Of a stretch of DNA of 64,000 bases, positions 1 through 9,859 are shown piece after piece (positions within the stretch are counted from its first letter, which is position 1; every line of letters begins with the position of its first letter). This DNA comes from Promethearchaeota archaeon (lineage in GTDB: Archaea; Asgardarchaeota; Lokiarchaeia; Sigyniarchaeales; SOKP01). The stretch lies in assembly GCA_029838195.1 (NCBI GenBank), contig JALGVJ010000013.1:33287-97286 (forward strand), read 5' to 3'. The translations under genes were made by a program, and so were the position numbers. The notes beneath the pieces were generated by a model. The model worked only from the letters and a program-made list of their open reading frames with translations. It had not been told where the DNA came from and made no database searches.

Positions 1-102
1 AAAAATAAATTATGAATATAAAAATAAAAATTGTGAACAAAGATACCAATCATTGAATATATTATTTAAAAATCGAAATATTTTAGTTAATAAAAAAGAG
101 GG

Positions 103-561
103 TCAAATCTCCACGTGGGGTGAAGATTTATATTCTTTTAATACTAAATTAGAAACCGTTCTCGAAACGTGAGGATGTTCATTTAATTCCCGAATGAACG
201 CGTGTACATCATCTGATTCCTTGAATCGGCAAATTAAAGCGGCAGATTGATCTCCAGTAGTATGGAAGACAGAACATACTTCCGGCATTTTAGAAAGCTC
301 TAAAAGCACCTCTTCCGTATGCTTTCCATCTATTTGAATCCGAATTAAAAACGTTAATTTGTACCCCAATTTGGTATTATTTAATTTAAGGGTATATCCT
401 TCGATGATTTGATTTTCTTTTAATTTGGTAATTCGGTTATGGATGGTACCGATACTGATTCCTAATTTTTCTTGGATTTCTCTATAGGAGGTGCGAGCAT
501 TTTCTTGGAGTATTCTAATGATATCCTTGTCAATTTCATCTAATTCCTTCCCTTTTTTCAT
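103..561 (-). CDS. Lrp/AsnC family transcriptional regulator
   Basis: N-terminal LDEIDKDIIRILQENARTSYREI...SIGTIHNRITKL HTH followed by a RAM-like domain; 152 aa. Confidence 0.93.
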   Translation of the reverse strand: MKKGKELDEIDKDIIRILQENARTSYREIQEKLGISIGTIHNRITKLKENQIIEGYTLKLNNTKLGYKLTFLIRIQIDGKHTEEVLLELSKMPEVCSVFHTTGDQSAALICRFKESDDVHAFIRELNEHPHVSRTVSNLVLKEYKSSPHVEI

Positions 562-782
562 GAGATAACCTTTTGAAGGTCGATTTTATTCTAACAATAA
601 TTGATTATTTGAACAATATTTAAAATTTTTCTATTATTCCAAAAAAATTTAAAATATTTGAAAAAAAAAATATCTCTTTATTAAAGAAATTTTAATAATA
701 GTGAAATTGTTTTTTAAATAATTAAATAGTATCCAAACGATAATAAATTGCTTTAAATAAAACCATTAACGCGATAAATTTC

Positions 783-800
783 TCATGATAATTATCATGA
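783..800. promoter_or_regulatory. Perfect 18-bp palindrome, candidate transcription-factor operator
   Basis: TCATGATAATTATCATGA is its own reverse complement; intergenic, about 220 bp upstream of the Lrp gene. Confidence 0.35.
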
Positions 801-918
801 TTATTAAAATAGTAATTGATGATTCAATAAGACTAGTTGAGTGTGTTTCAACCAAGTTGTTCTTAAAAGCGGGGTTGTTGATTTTTATAGAATTTTTAAA
901 CTAATGAGAGAATATTCG

Positions 919-1071
919 TCATATTTCGTATTTTTCCTTCCATTCTCGCTGTTTTTTTATGGGGTCATCTCTCATTTTACATTTATGATGGATCTCATTT
1001 TGTCGTGAAAATTCTTGATCTAATAACTCTTCTAACTTTTCGTCAATAGGTTCTTCTTTATTATTTACCAT
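919..1071 (-). CDS. Small hypothetical protein (50 aa), below the ORF-track cutoff
   Basis: Manual translation MVNNKEEPIDEKLEELLDQEFSRQNEIHHKCKMRDDPIKKQREWKEKYEI*; SD-like AAGGTGGGA upstream. Confidence 0.55.
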   Translation of the reverse strand: MVNNKEEPIDEKLEELLDQEFSRQNEIHHKCKMRDDPIKKQREWKEKYEI

Positions 1072-1492
1072 TCTTTCATCCCACCTTTAGAAACTAAGAT
1101 TTCGTTAAATAATTCATCATATATTTCTTATGGTTTCGAAAAATTAAAAATATAATGGAAATAAATTATAATTCCTAAATAATAAAAAAATCCCACCCTT
1201 TGTTGAATTTGTAATGCAACGAGGAAAAAAAGAATATTTTGATAAATTTCCTGCTTAGACAATTCCATATCACTTTATCTTGATTGAAACATCAGCTCTC
1301 ATTTTTCATTGTTTTTCTCTTTCTTTTTCCCGAAGTAATTGTATTTAAAATGGTAAATTTTTAAAAATTGCTTCCGTCTTGTTTAATTTAAGCTTTTAAT
1401 ACAAAAAATTTAACCATCATTAATTTTTTTATGAATAAAGATTTTGTGTACCAAGGTCTAAATCATACTCGGTGAAAAAACTCTTTTTTATT

Positions 1493-1897
1493 CTAAGAAC
1501 TTTCTTTTGGCTTAAATTTTAATGCGTCAGAATTCATGCAATATCGCATATTAGTAGGTGGAGGGCCATCATCAAATATATGTCCTAAATGCCCTTTACA
1601 TTTACTGCATGAGGCTTCCGTACGAATTATGCCGTGGCTATAATCCGTCTTGGTTTCTATGCTTGAGTTTTCAATAGGAGCAAAAAAACTTGGCCATCCT
1701 GTGCCCGAATCGAATTTCGTTTCAGAATCAAATAAAGGATTTCCGCATCCTGCGCAATAATATGTTCCTTTCTGGTGATTATCCCAATATTTACCGGTAA
1801 AAGGACGTTCTGTTCCTTTTTTTCTGAGAATGTAGAATTGTTCTTTGGTGAGGATTTTTTTCCAATCTTCTTCCGTTTTTTTTATAGAAGATTTCAT
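1493..1897 (-). CDS. msrB: Peptide-methionine (R)-S-oxide reductase
   Basis: GTERPFTG, CAGC, KFDSGTGWPSF, HLGHIFDDGP, RYCMNS motifs. Confidence 0.97.
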   Translation of the reverse strand: MKSSIKKTEEDWKKILTKEQFYILRKKGTERPFTGKYWDNHQKGTYYCAGCGNPLFDSETKFDSGTGWPSFFAPIENSSIETKTDYSHGIIRTEASCSKCKGHLGHIFDDGPPPTNMRYCMNSDALKFKPKESS

Positions 1898-2000
1898 GAG
1901 AAATATAAATTCAAAAATAAATTTTAACTAAATGGTTCTAAATTATTTGAAATTACACGGGAGACCGAATAGAAGAAAAATTGAAATCTCTTTTTAATTA

Positions 2001-2411
2001 TTATCCATAAACCTTTTTTGGATCAAATAATTGCGTACTAATTTCGACGAGCTCTCCCTCCTTGAATTCTCTATAAAAACAAGAATAGTACCCCTCATGA
2101 CAAGCAGCACCTTCCTGTTTTATCTTAAATAACAAGCAATCCATGTCGCAATCTATTAAAACCTTTTCTATTATTTGAATGTGTCCTGATGTTTCCCCTT
2201 TTTTCCATAAAGTGTTTCTAGAACGCGAGTAGTAATGCGCATAGCCTGTTTGAAGAGATTTTTTCACGGCTTCCTTATTTGCAAAGGCAAGCATTAAAAC
2301 TTCTCCAGAAATATTGTCCTGGGCGATGATGGGAATTAATCCTCCTTCCAATTTAGAAAAATCTAATTTTTCTATTAACGTTTCAATTTGTTGGTCTGTA
2401 TATTTAATCAT
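2001..2411 (-). CDS. hisI: Phosphoribosyl-AMP cyclohydrolase
   Basis: YYSRSR..LWKKGETSGH, DCDMD, ACHEGYYSCF motifs. Confidence 0.97.
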   Translation of the reverse strand: MIKYTDQQIETLIEKLDFSKLEGGLIPIIAQDNISGEVLMLAFANKEAVKKSLQTGYAHYYSRSRNTLWKKGETSGHIQIIEKVLIDCDMDCLLFKIKQEGAACHEGYYSCFYREFKEGELVEISTQLFDPKKVYG

Positions 2412-2472
2412 ATTTTAGTAAATTTTTTTGACAATATTTAATTTATCATGCAAAAAAGAAGTGAAGTTAAGA

Positions 2473-3573
2473 ATGACAGACGAGTTCAAAATTGATCCCT
2501 GGAGTTCCACTAATATCATGGAAGAAGATTACAAAAGATTGATAAAGGAATTCGGAATTGAAGAAATGTCGGATTCTTTAAGGGAAATTTTTAAAAAAAA
2601 TCGGTTTATTCGGAGAAAAATTATTTTTGGCCATCGTTCGTTAGATACTATCTACAGAGCTATTGAAAAAGGTAAGAATTGGGCAGTAATGAGCGGAATT
2701 AAACCTTCGGGACCATTTCATTTAGGGACCATGACAACTGCTTTAGAAATCGTTGAATTCCAAAAGATGGGAGGGAAAGCCTATTATTGCATCGCAGATA
2801 TTGAATCATGGGAGGATAATGGGATCCCTTATGAAGAAGCAGAAGAGATAGCAGTGGATAATTTGGCAGATATTTTAGCCTTAGGATTGGATCCCTCTCC
2901 GAAAAAAGCTTATATTTGGAGACAATCCCAAGAACCAATCGTAAAAGATGCTTGTTTCAAGGTTAGCCGGCTGGTAACAAATAACATGTTACATGCGATA
3001 TATGGAGAAAAAACGTTTGGATTATATTTGGCCGCACTCATTCAAGTTGGTGATATTCTCCTGCCCCAAATCCTTGATGGCGCTCAACCGACAATTGTAC
3101 CCGTCGGAATTGATCAAGATCCTCACATTCGATTAACACGTGATTTAACCCGCCGATATTATAAGAAGTTCTTCCTACCCGGCTCTACGTATCATTATTT
3201 ATTGACAGGGCTCGATGGCTCGGAAAAAATGTCTAAACGAAATCCAAATAGTTATTTCACGTTTAATGAAGATCTCAAATCCATTGAAAAAAAAATCATG
3301 GGGACTCTGACGGGAGGCCGTAGAAATAAAAAAGAGCAGAAAGAATTAGGTGGTGAGCCCCAAAATTGCATGATATATAAAATTTTGATGTATCATTTCG
3401 AAGAAAGCGATGAAAAACTGAATGAGGATTTCTTAGCATGTATTCATGGAGAATTAATGTGTGGACCTCACAAGAGAGAATGCGTGGAGAAAGTAATAGA
3501 GTTCATTAAAAAACATAGGGAAAAAAAGGAAAAGCTAATAGATAAAGCAAGAGAATTACTCAATATCATTTAA
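2473..3573 (+). CDS. trpS: Tryptophanyl-tRNA synthetase (archaeal type)
   Basis: PSGPFHLG (HIGH-like), VPVGIDQDPH, KMSK motifs; start moved to ATG 2473 (MTDEFKIDPW). Confidence 0.93.
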   Translation: MTDEFKIDPWSSTNIMEEDYKRLIKEFGIEEMSDSLREIFKKNRFIRRKIIFGHRSLDTIYRAIEKGKNWAVMSGIKPSGPFHLGTMTTALEIVEFQKMGGKAYYCIADIESWEDNGIPYEEAEEIAVDNLADILALGLDPSPKKAYIWRQSQEPIVKDACFKVSRLVTNNMLHAIYGEKTFGLYLAALIQVGDILLPQILDGAQPTIVPVGIDQDPHIRLTRDLTRRYYKKFFLPGSTYHYLLTGLDGSEKMSKRNPNSYFTFNEDLKSIEKKIMGTLTGGRRNKKEQKELGGEPQNCMIYKILMYHFEESDEKLNEDFLACIHGELMCGPHKRECVEKVIEFIKKHREKKEKLIDKARELLNII

Positions 3574-3751
3574 ATATTTTACCTTTTTTCTCATAAATTA
3601 CTTATTTTCTGAACTTTATCCTCTCCCTCTCTCATTATTTTTAAAGGATGGAGGAAAATAAAAAACTTTCATGTTTTATCCCTATTATTAAATGTTTATT
3701 CTTTCTAAAAATGTAAAAATATAAAGAATTTAATTTTTTATTTATCGACGA

Positions 3752-4696
3752 TTACGGGATTAAGTCGTTTAAAATTTCGCTACTATTTTTAATTAAATCC
3801 GGAATGTGATCTAATATCTTGAATTTTAAATCTTCCTCAAAAATTATCGATAAATAAAATTTTTGTCCCTTGCATTGAAATTGGTGTAAATAGGAAACAT
3901 GTGGGTTTTTTTCATTAAGGTAATTATAATAATCGCTATAAGACTCCTCTTCAATGCGCTTTAAAATAAAAAGATGCTCCTTAATAGCTTCTAATAATTT
4001 AACGTGTGATTCCGCCTCTACTTGATTATTATAAAATTCACTCACGATTATCCCTCTTTCATCAAATAACACCAGAGAAACGCAATCAAACTCCACTAAA
4101 AATTTCTCTATCACTAAAGATAATTCTAAAAATTTATCATTAAACATAGAAAGTCCATAAGAGATAAGATGCACGATAGAAACAATATCATAAATTGAGG
4201 TCTGTTGGAATACTATTTTGAATGAGGTGTATTTTTCTTTAATTATATTGGTTAATTCATTGACATCTTCATTTATTTCCTCGTAATCGCGTACAATGGG
4301 GTCATATTTATGAAATGTCACGATGACATGCACGCTTGGATTTTCTTCTTGAAAATATGATAAAATATTATCTAAATAATCCAAGGATGTTTGAAACTTT
4401 TCCCGGTCTTGAATGTCAATTACATAAATTAGTAAATCTGTTTCGCCAAAATATAGATCTTTATGCGAAACATAAAGGTTGCGGTAGACCTCCTGACCAC
4501 CCATATCCCAAAATGAAATTAACATTCCTAAAAAGATAGTTCTGGAATATTGTACTTTTATGGTAGGTTTTAACTCTTGAATTTCTTCTTCAAAATCATA
4601 TTTCTTATTAAGAGCAGTCAATATAGAGGTTTTTCCGGCGTTATCGAGCCCAGAAATGATGACTTTCCTTGCAATTAATTTATATTTTTTCTCCAC
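3752..4696 (-). CDS. Small GTPase (Arf/Rag-like G domain) with C-terminal roadblock/longin-like extension
   Basis: G1 GLDNAGKTS, G2 PT, G3 WDMGGQ, G4 HKYD; about 130-aa C-terminal domain (SLVLFDERGIIVSEF). Confidence 0.88.
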   Translation of the reverse strand: MEKKYKLIARKVIISGLDNAGKTSILTALNKKYDFEEEIQELKPTIKVQYSRTIFLGMLISFWDMGGQEVYRNLYVSHKDLYFGETDLLIYVIDIQDREKFQTSLDYLDNILSYFQEENPSVHVIVTFHKYDPIVRDYEEINEDVNELTNIIKEKYTSFKIVFQQTSIYDIVSIVHLISYGLSMFNDKFLELSLVIEKFLVEFDCVSLVLFDERGIIVSEFYNNQVEAESHVKLLEAIKEHLFILKRIEEESYSDYYNYLNEKNPHVSYLHQFQCKGQKFYLSIIFEEDLKFKILDHIPDLIKNSSEILNDLIP

Positions 4697-4954
4697 AGTA
4701 AATGTAGCTCCTTTTTTTATTCAAAACCTTCCTCTTATAGGATAAAAAGTAAAGATCTTGATCTTAATTTTTAAATAAAACAAAAAAAAACTTGTTTTTA
4801 ACTTTTTATATTTTTTATTTAAAAGGCGTGTCCGCTTTTTAACTTTTTTTGAGCTTGAAAATAGTTCCTTTATTAATTGCTCCAAAAATTTATTGTAGAA
4901 AACAAGAAAAAACTTCGAAATCTGATGATATCCACATGACATTCATTTTTAAGA

Positions 4955-5209
4955 ATGAAAATGACGAGCTATTCTTCAAGAAAATTACTAAAATTAAGGA
5001 TAATATTGATCGAAGAACAAGATGTATTTTTAGGAAATTTATTGTATCAAGTGAAATATGAATTTTTTAATAAAATTTCGGATTATAAAGCCAAATTAAA
5101 CGAATGTATTCAAAATATCGAAGAAAAATTAAAATCCACGATATATAAGGAGCTATACCGGGAAGTAATGGCGGAATTGATGAAATATTTTGAGGAAGAT
5201 AAATTTTAA
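4955..5209 (+). CDS. Small helical hypothetical protein
   Basis: 84-aa ORF with charged amphipathic composition, divergent from the GTPase. Confidence 0.5.
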   Translation: MKMTSYSSRKLLKLRIILIEEQDVFLGNLLYQVKYEFFNKISDYKAKLNECIQNIEEKLKSTIYKELYREVMAELMKYFEEDKF

Positions 5210-5374
5210 GAGCCTTTAGCAATATGAGCTTATCCGATAATTGGCTTTCCCTTTTCAAGATATACTCCAAGGTTAAAAAACGAATTTATATAAGAAGAAA
5301 AGAGGTTTAGAGTAAAATTTAGAATAGAAGGCGGTTTATTGACACGTGTAAAAGAGTTAAAAGAAATAAAAAAA

Positions 5375-5797
5375 TTATTCTCCTATAATAGTACAAAAAA
5401 TAGTTCTCGTGCGGGATTTTTCATCAAATTCGCAAAATATAATTTGTTCCCAAGTTCCAAGTAATGCTCTCCCTCTTTGAACCGGAAACGTCTGAGAAGT
5501 TTTAATTAGAAAACTCCGCACGTGGCCTGCTCCGTTATGATCTCCCCAAGTATCGTGATGCTTATATCGACGATCATACGGAATAATTTTTTCTAAGAAT
5601 TCTTCTATATCGTTGTTTACTAAGCCAGGTTCATATTCTGTAGTAGAAATTGCACCTGTGGAGCCAGGTACGTGTATATTGACAATACCGTTTTGAATCT
5701 CGCTTTCTTTTATGATGTCTTGAACTTGAGATGTTATATTAACGATATAGCAATAGGGTTTTGTTTTAATTTGAAATGCTTTTTGAAAGACCGTCAT
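5375..5797 (-). CDS. YjbQ/UPF0047 family protein (secondary thiamine-phosphate synthase)
   Basis: Y.HH....DHNGAGHVRS and LGTWEQIIFCEFD motifs. Confidence 0.92.
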   Translation of the reverse strand: MTVFQKAFQIKTKPYCYIVNITSQVQDIIKESEIQNGIVNIHVPGSTGAISTTEYEPGLVNNDIEEFLEKIIPYDRRYKHHDTWGDHNGAGHVRSFLIKTSQTFPVQRGRALLGTWEQIIFCEFDEKSRTRTIFCTIIGE

Positions 5798-5950
5798 TTT
5801 TAAGTGGTCATGATTGCTTTTATTTTTAATAAATAACGTGAGATTTTACATTTATTTGTTGTTTTAAAAAATTTAATAGACATGCATTTTTAAGTAAAAT
5901 AACGATTTGAATGTTTAGCTTTTTTTGAAAAACTTGAGTCATGTGCTACA

Positions 5951-6376
5951 ATGAGTGAACGGCTAAAAGAATTTTACAATAAAATTCATGATAAGAAAAA
6001 CAATATTCCATTATACGTATCTATTTTAATAAGGGAACCCAAAGGAAGTTTGATTGACTTCAAGATTAAAAAAGAGGAAAGCAATATTCTAAAAATCATT
6101 GCACATGATGATGATCAAAAGGGCTGGTATCCTCACTCTGTTCATATCCCTTTAAAGAATTTAGGATTAGATGACAGCGCTAAAAACAAGGAAATATTAA
6201 AATACCTTTCTAATCCCGCATTAATCACGAGCGATAAGGCAACAAGAGAATATGTAGAAGATCTCTTGAGGAGATACGTGGAAATCTTACCAGAAAAGAA
6301 AAAGCATTTTTTCAAAACAAAAAGGTTCAAGAAAAAGAAAGAATTTCAAATGGGCATGAAAATGAAAGGATTTTAA
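5951..6376 (+). CDS. Hypothetical protein, basic C-terminus
   Basis: 141-aa ORF with typical composition; no recognisable motif. Confidence 0.7.
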   Translation: MSERLKEFYNKIHDKKNNIPLYVSILIREPKGSLIDFKIKKEESNILKIIAHDDDQKGWYPHSVHIPLKNLGLDDSAKNKEILKYLSNPALITSDKATREYVEDLLRRYVEILPEKKKHFFKTKRFKKKKEFQMGMKMKGF

Positions 6377-6379
6377 ATG

Positions 6380-6715
6380 TCATTTAACTTGGCTTCCGGG
6401 AGGGATGTTTTTACCACGCTCATCTACTTTTAACAAGAAGGGTTCCCCATTAACATCCACGGCAAGGAGCATTCCTTGGCTTTCATATCCCATGAATTTT
6501 TTTGGTTTCAAATTTGTAAGGACGATAATTTTTTGTCCAATCAAGGCATTTTGCTCATAGAATGGTGCTATTCCTGTAATGATCTGCCTTAAAGAACGTT
6601 CTCCTAAATCTACCATTAATTTATATAACCTTCGAGAATTTGGTATTTTCTCACAATTTTTTACCATTCCTACCCGTAAATCTACTTTTTTAAAATCTTC
6701 TAACTCAATGATCAT
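6380..6715 (-). CDS. tRNA-binding OB-fold protein (Trbp111/MetRS C-terminal-like)
   Basis: EDFKKVDLRVG, RQIITGI, NLKPKKFMGYESQGMLLA. Confidence 0.92.
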   Translation of the reverse strand: MIIELEDFKKVDLRVGMVKNCEKIPNSRRLYKLMVDLGERSLRQIITGIAPFYEQNALIGQKIIVLTNLKPKKFMGYESQGMLLAVDVNGEPFLLKVDERGKNIPPGSQVK

Positions 6716-7607
6716 TATTTTCACCTCTTAGGGGCATTCCTGTCATGTCTATTATTTCCTTCTTTTTTGGTTTTTTTTCTCTATATGGATTTTCTTTAAA
6801 TGGTTCCACTTTTCTCCCAAAAGTTAAGTATCCCGTGTGACCAATCATGCGCGTTTCAGGGCGAGTGGCATTTTCTTTTACTTGTAATCTCCTTTCTAGC
6901 AATTCTATCGTTATTACTTCAATGAAATCGTTATTTTTTAAGGAAAACGTATTTTTTTTTACTTGTTCCATGGTAGGCGAAAAACAACAAATACTACCGC
7001 TAAGTCTCAAATACTTTTTAATTTTAGGAATGGCGTCCCATGGTGTGGGCATGTCTAAAACAACGCAGTCGACATCTCGAAGTTCCAGATCTTTTTTTAA
7101 GATATCTCCTTCTTGAATGGTCACGACTTCTTGCAGTCCGGCTCTTTTCACATTTTTAAGGGCACGATTTAAGGATTTTTCTCGCACGTCATAGGAATAC
7201 ACGTGTCCATTTGGCCGAACATAATTTCCTAAAATACACGTTAAGGCACCTGATCCGCATCCTGCTTCAATTATAATGCTTCCTGGACCAATACCCGTAT
7301 ATAAGAGTATTAAACCGGCATCTTTCGGATAAATAATTTGAGTTTTTCTTTTCATGTGGAGGATGTAATCTGAGGGAAGGGGTTTCATGACGTAGAATTT
7401 ATAGCCTTGTGTTTCTAAAGGCTTGGAGAAAATACACGATCCAAAAGGTTTCTTGTTAATAAGCTCATCAAACTCGATAAACCCATGATGCGTGTGGAAA
7501 GTTTCCCCCGCTCGTGCTTGAACAAGCCATCTTTTTCGATCCTCTAGGATCAAATAAATTAAATCATTTTCTTGAATAATGTTCTCATTCTCTTTTTGCA
7601 CTGTCAT
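6705..7607 (-). CDS. trmI: tRNA (adenine-N1)-methyltransferase
   Basis: RKTQIIYPKD, EAGCGSGALT, LDMPTPW, TRPETRMIGHTGYL. Confidence 0.95.
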   Translation of the reverse strand: MTVQKENENIIQENDLIYLILEDRKRWLVQARAGETFHTHHGFIEFDELINKKPFGSCIFSKPLETQGYKFYVMKPLPSDYILHMKRKTQIIYPKDAGLILLYTGIGPGSIIIEAGCGSGALTCILGNYVRPNGHVYSYDVREKSLNRALKNVKRAGLQEVVTIQEGDILKKDLELRDVDCVVLDMPTPWDAIPKIKKYLRLSGSICCFSPTMEQVKKNTFSLKNNDFIEVITIELLERRLQVKENATRPETRMIGHTGYLTFGRKVEPFKENPYREKKPKKKEIIDMTGMPLRGENNDH

Positions 7608-7774
7608 GGCATGAAGGTTGTATCTTACTTAATTTTAATGCATTCAAGTTATTCTACTTTATTCTAAATTAAATTTTATTTTTTAAAATCTGGAATAAAA
7701 AGATATAAAAAAAATAAATTCTTTTTTCACTTAAACCTAATAATGTTTGGTTCTTTTTTATATAAATAACTTTC

Positions 7775-8698
7775 ATGAGTTCATCTATGAGCAAGGATAA
7801 ATCCCGTAGAAATCCCCCTTCTTATAGAGATCTTCAACGTAAAATAGAAATTTCTCGAACGAAAAGAGACAATTTAAATAAGAAAACTAAAGAATATATC
7901 AACCAACTTCAAGAGATCGAAGATGATATTAACGAATCTCTTAAAATTGCCAGGGAAGAATATAAAAAGAAAAGAGATTACTGGAATGACAAGGTTAAAA
8001 AATTAAAAATAAAAAAGAATGAATATAAAAATCTATTAGAAACGCTCACCGAAGAGAGAAAAAAAATACTTAAAAAAAAAGGAGATCCAGCTTCCAAAAA
8101 CAACTTTCTTACCATTAAACAAATTGAACGTAAAATAGAAAACTTGGAAAGAAGAATAGAAACAGAAAATTTAGAAATTGCTGAAGAAAACGCTATCATT
8201 GATAAGATAAAAGAATTGGCGAACAAGAAACAAGAAATCTTGAGTGAGCAATTAAATGATAATTTATACAAGATAGAACGTAAAATTGAAATCGTGAAAA
8301 TCAATTTAAATAAAATCTATGAACAACTAACCAAGTGGTCCAATAAATCTCAAGAATATCATAATAAAATGCTGGGACTGTATGATAAAGTCGACACTCT
8401 GAAAAAAGATAAAAAGCGTATCGAAGAAGAATTAATAGAGAACAAAAAAATGGCAGATCGATACCATGAAGAATTCATTACGCTAATGAATCAATTAAAA
8501 ACCGTGTATAAGGGACAACGGTTTAAAAGAACTACCCAGAGAAAAAGACCATTGAAAAAAGATAAAAGAAAAGATTTAAAGAAGGAATTAGAGAAAATAA
8601 AACAAGACAAATTGGCAGAAGCATTAGAAAAGCAGAAAGCTGGAAAGAAATTAAATATTTATGAAGTTCGACTCATTTTAGAGAAATCAAAAGGATAA
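7775..8698 (+). CDS. Archaeal coiled-coil protein (COG1340-like)
   Basis: Continuous heptad-rich K/E sequence ending KAGKKLNIYEVRLI. Confidence 0.8.
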   Translation: MSSSMSKDKSRRNPPSYRDLQRKIEISRTKRDNLNKKTKEYINQLQEIEDDINESLKIAREEYKKKRDYWNDKVKKLKIKKNEYKNLLETLTEERKKILKKKGDPASKNNFLTIKQIERKIENLERRIETENLEIAEENAIIDKIKELANKKQEILSEQLNDNLYKIERKIEIVKINLNKIYEQLTKWSNKSQEYHNKMLGLYDKVDTLKKDKKRIEEELIENKKMADRYHEEFITLMNQLKTVYKGQRFKRTTQRKRPLKKDKRKDLKKELEKIKQDKLAEALEKQKAGKKLNIYEVRLILEKSKG

Positions 8699-8818
8699 AT
8701 TCGTTTTTCTCTTCAAGGGGAAGGGTCTGATAAATTAACTAAGGGGGGGATAAAATTTAAATAAATTTCCTTTATACTTTTTTTAATACTTAATTAAAAG
8801 TTATAGGTTTTTATTAAA

Positions 8819-9553
8819 ATGCCAATTGAAGGCTTGACACTCTTAGACCTATTATTTGGGAGTTTTGGATTAATTTTCATGATTGTTTCCATAATAATTG
8901 GCTTGAAAATCGTTTCGAAATATTTTACATATAAACTTAAAGCTACCATTCCAGTTGGACTAACTTGGTTATTATTAAGCACGGCATGGTGGGGTGCTGC
9001 CATATCTTTCGTGTTATATCTAATTGCTGGCACGACGCTAAGTCTTTTTTATTATTTATTAGTGGATAATATTTTTCTTCCCATTGCTCTTCTGTGCTGG
9101 ATCTATTCATTTGCCACCATAATGTATCCTCAAGTAAAACGAAAATTATTGATAATATATTCCGTAATTTGCCTTCCTTATGAGGTTCTCCTCCTCTCAT
9201 TTTTAATTATCGATCCAGAACTCGTGGGTACGAAAGAAGGCATTTTTAATTCTTCGAATGACCTATTTGTCTTAGTGTTCTTATTGTTCAGCATCGCAAC
9301 TGCTCTGATTACCGGAATATTATTTGCTAGGAAATCCATGCAATCTGAAGATCCCAATATTCGATGGAAGGGGAGATTTCTATTAATAGCATTTATCTTT
9401 TTTACAATAGCGGGATTATTAGACGCTGGAATTCCAACAACTCCCGTGACCTTGATCATTGCTAGATCAATTCTGATTTCTAGCGCATTTCTTTTCTATT
9501 TAGGATTTTTCTTACCCGAAAAATTAGCCAATAAACTAGGGAAGAGGGAGTAA
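8819..9553 (+). CDS. Integral membrane protein (about 7 TM)
   Basis: Seven hydrophobic segments. Confidence 0.8.
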   Translation: MPIEGLTLLDLLFGSFGLIFMIVSIIIGLKIVSKYFTYKLKATIPVGLTWLLLSTAWWGAAISFVLYLIAGTTLSLFYYLLVDNIFLPIALLCWIYSFATIMYPQVKRKLLIIYSVICLPYEVLLLSFLIIDPELVGTKEGIFNSSNDLFVLVFLLFSIATALITGILFARKSMQSEDPNIRWKGRFLLIAFIFFTIAGLLDAGIPTTPVTLIIARSILISSAFLFYLGFFLPEKLANKLGKRE

Positions 9554-9859
9554 TGATAAAAATTATTTTTTTTTCCATAATTTTATTTTAATCTGAATTC
9601 TCATTATAATTAATGAAGTATGCGATCCGCGTGAATTTCTCAAAAATTTCCTTGTTTTCCATGGTTCTTTATGAGTTGTTCTTAAAAAAGCGTGAAAATA
9701 AAAGTAGAAATTTTTTTCCTGTTGAATTAAAACGATTTTGGAGGTTTTTCTATTGAAAATTAAATTTTTAAGGTTAAGGGATAAATATAAATGAATTAAA
9801 TTTTAATTTCACTATTTCTTTTTTATTTCCATCAATAATCATTAAAGAAATGACCAACA

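Noticed and set aside
4721-5270. Overlapping short ORFs 4721-4942, 4849-5061 and 5067-5270
   Set aside because: Low-complexity alternative-frame ORFs; only 4955-5209 was kept, tentatively.
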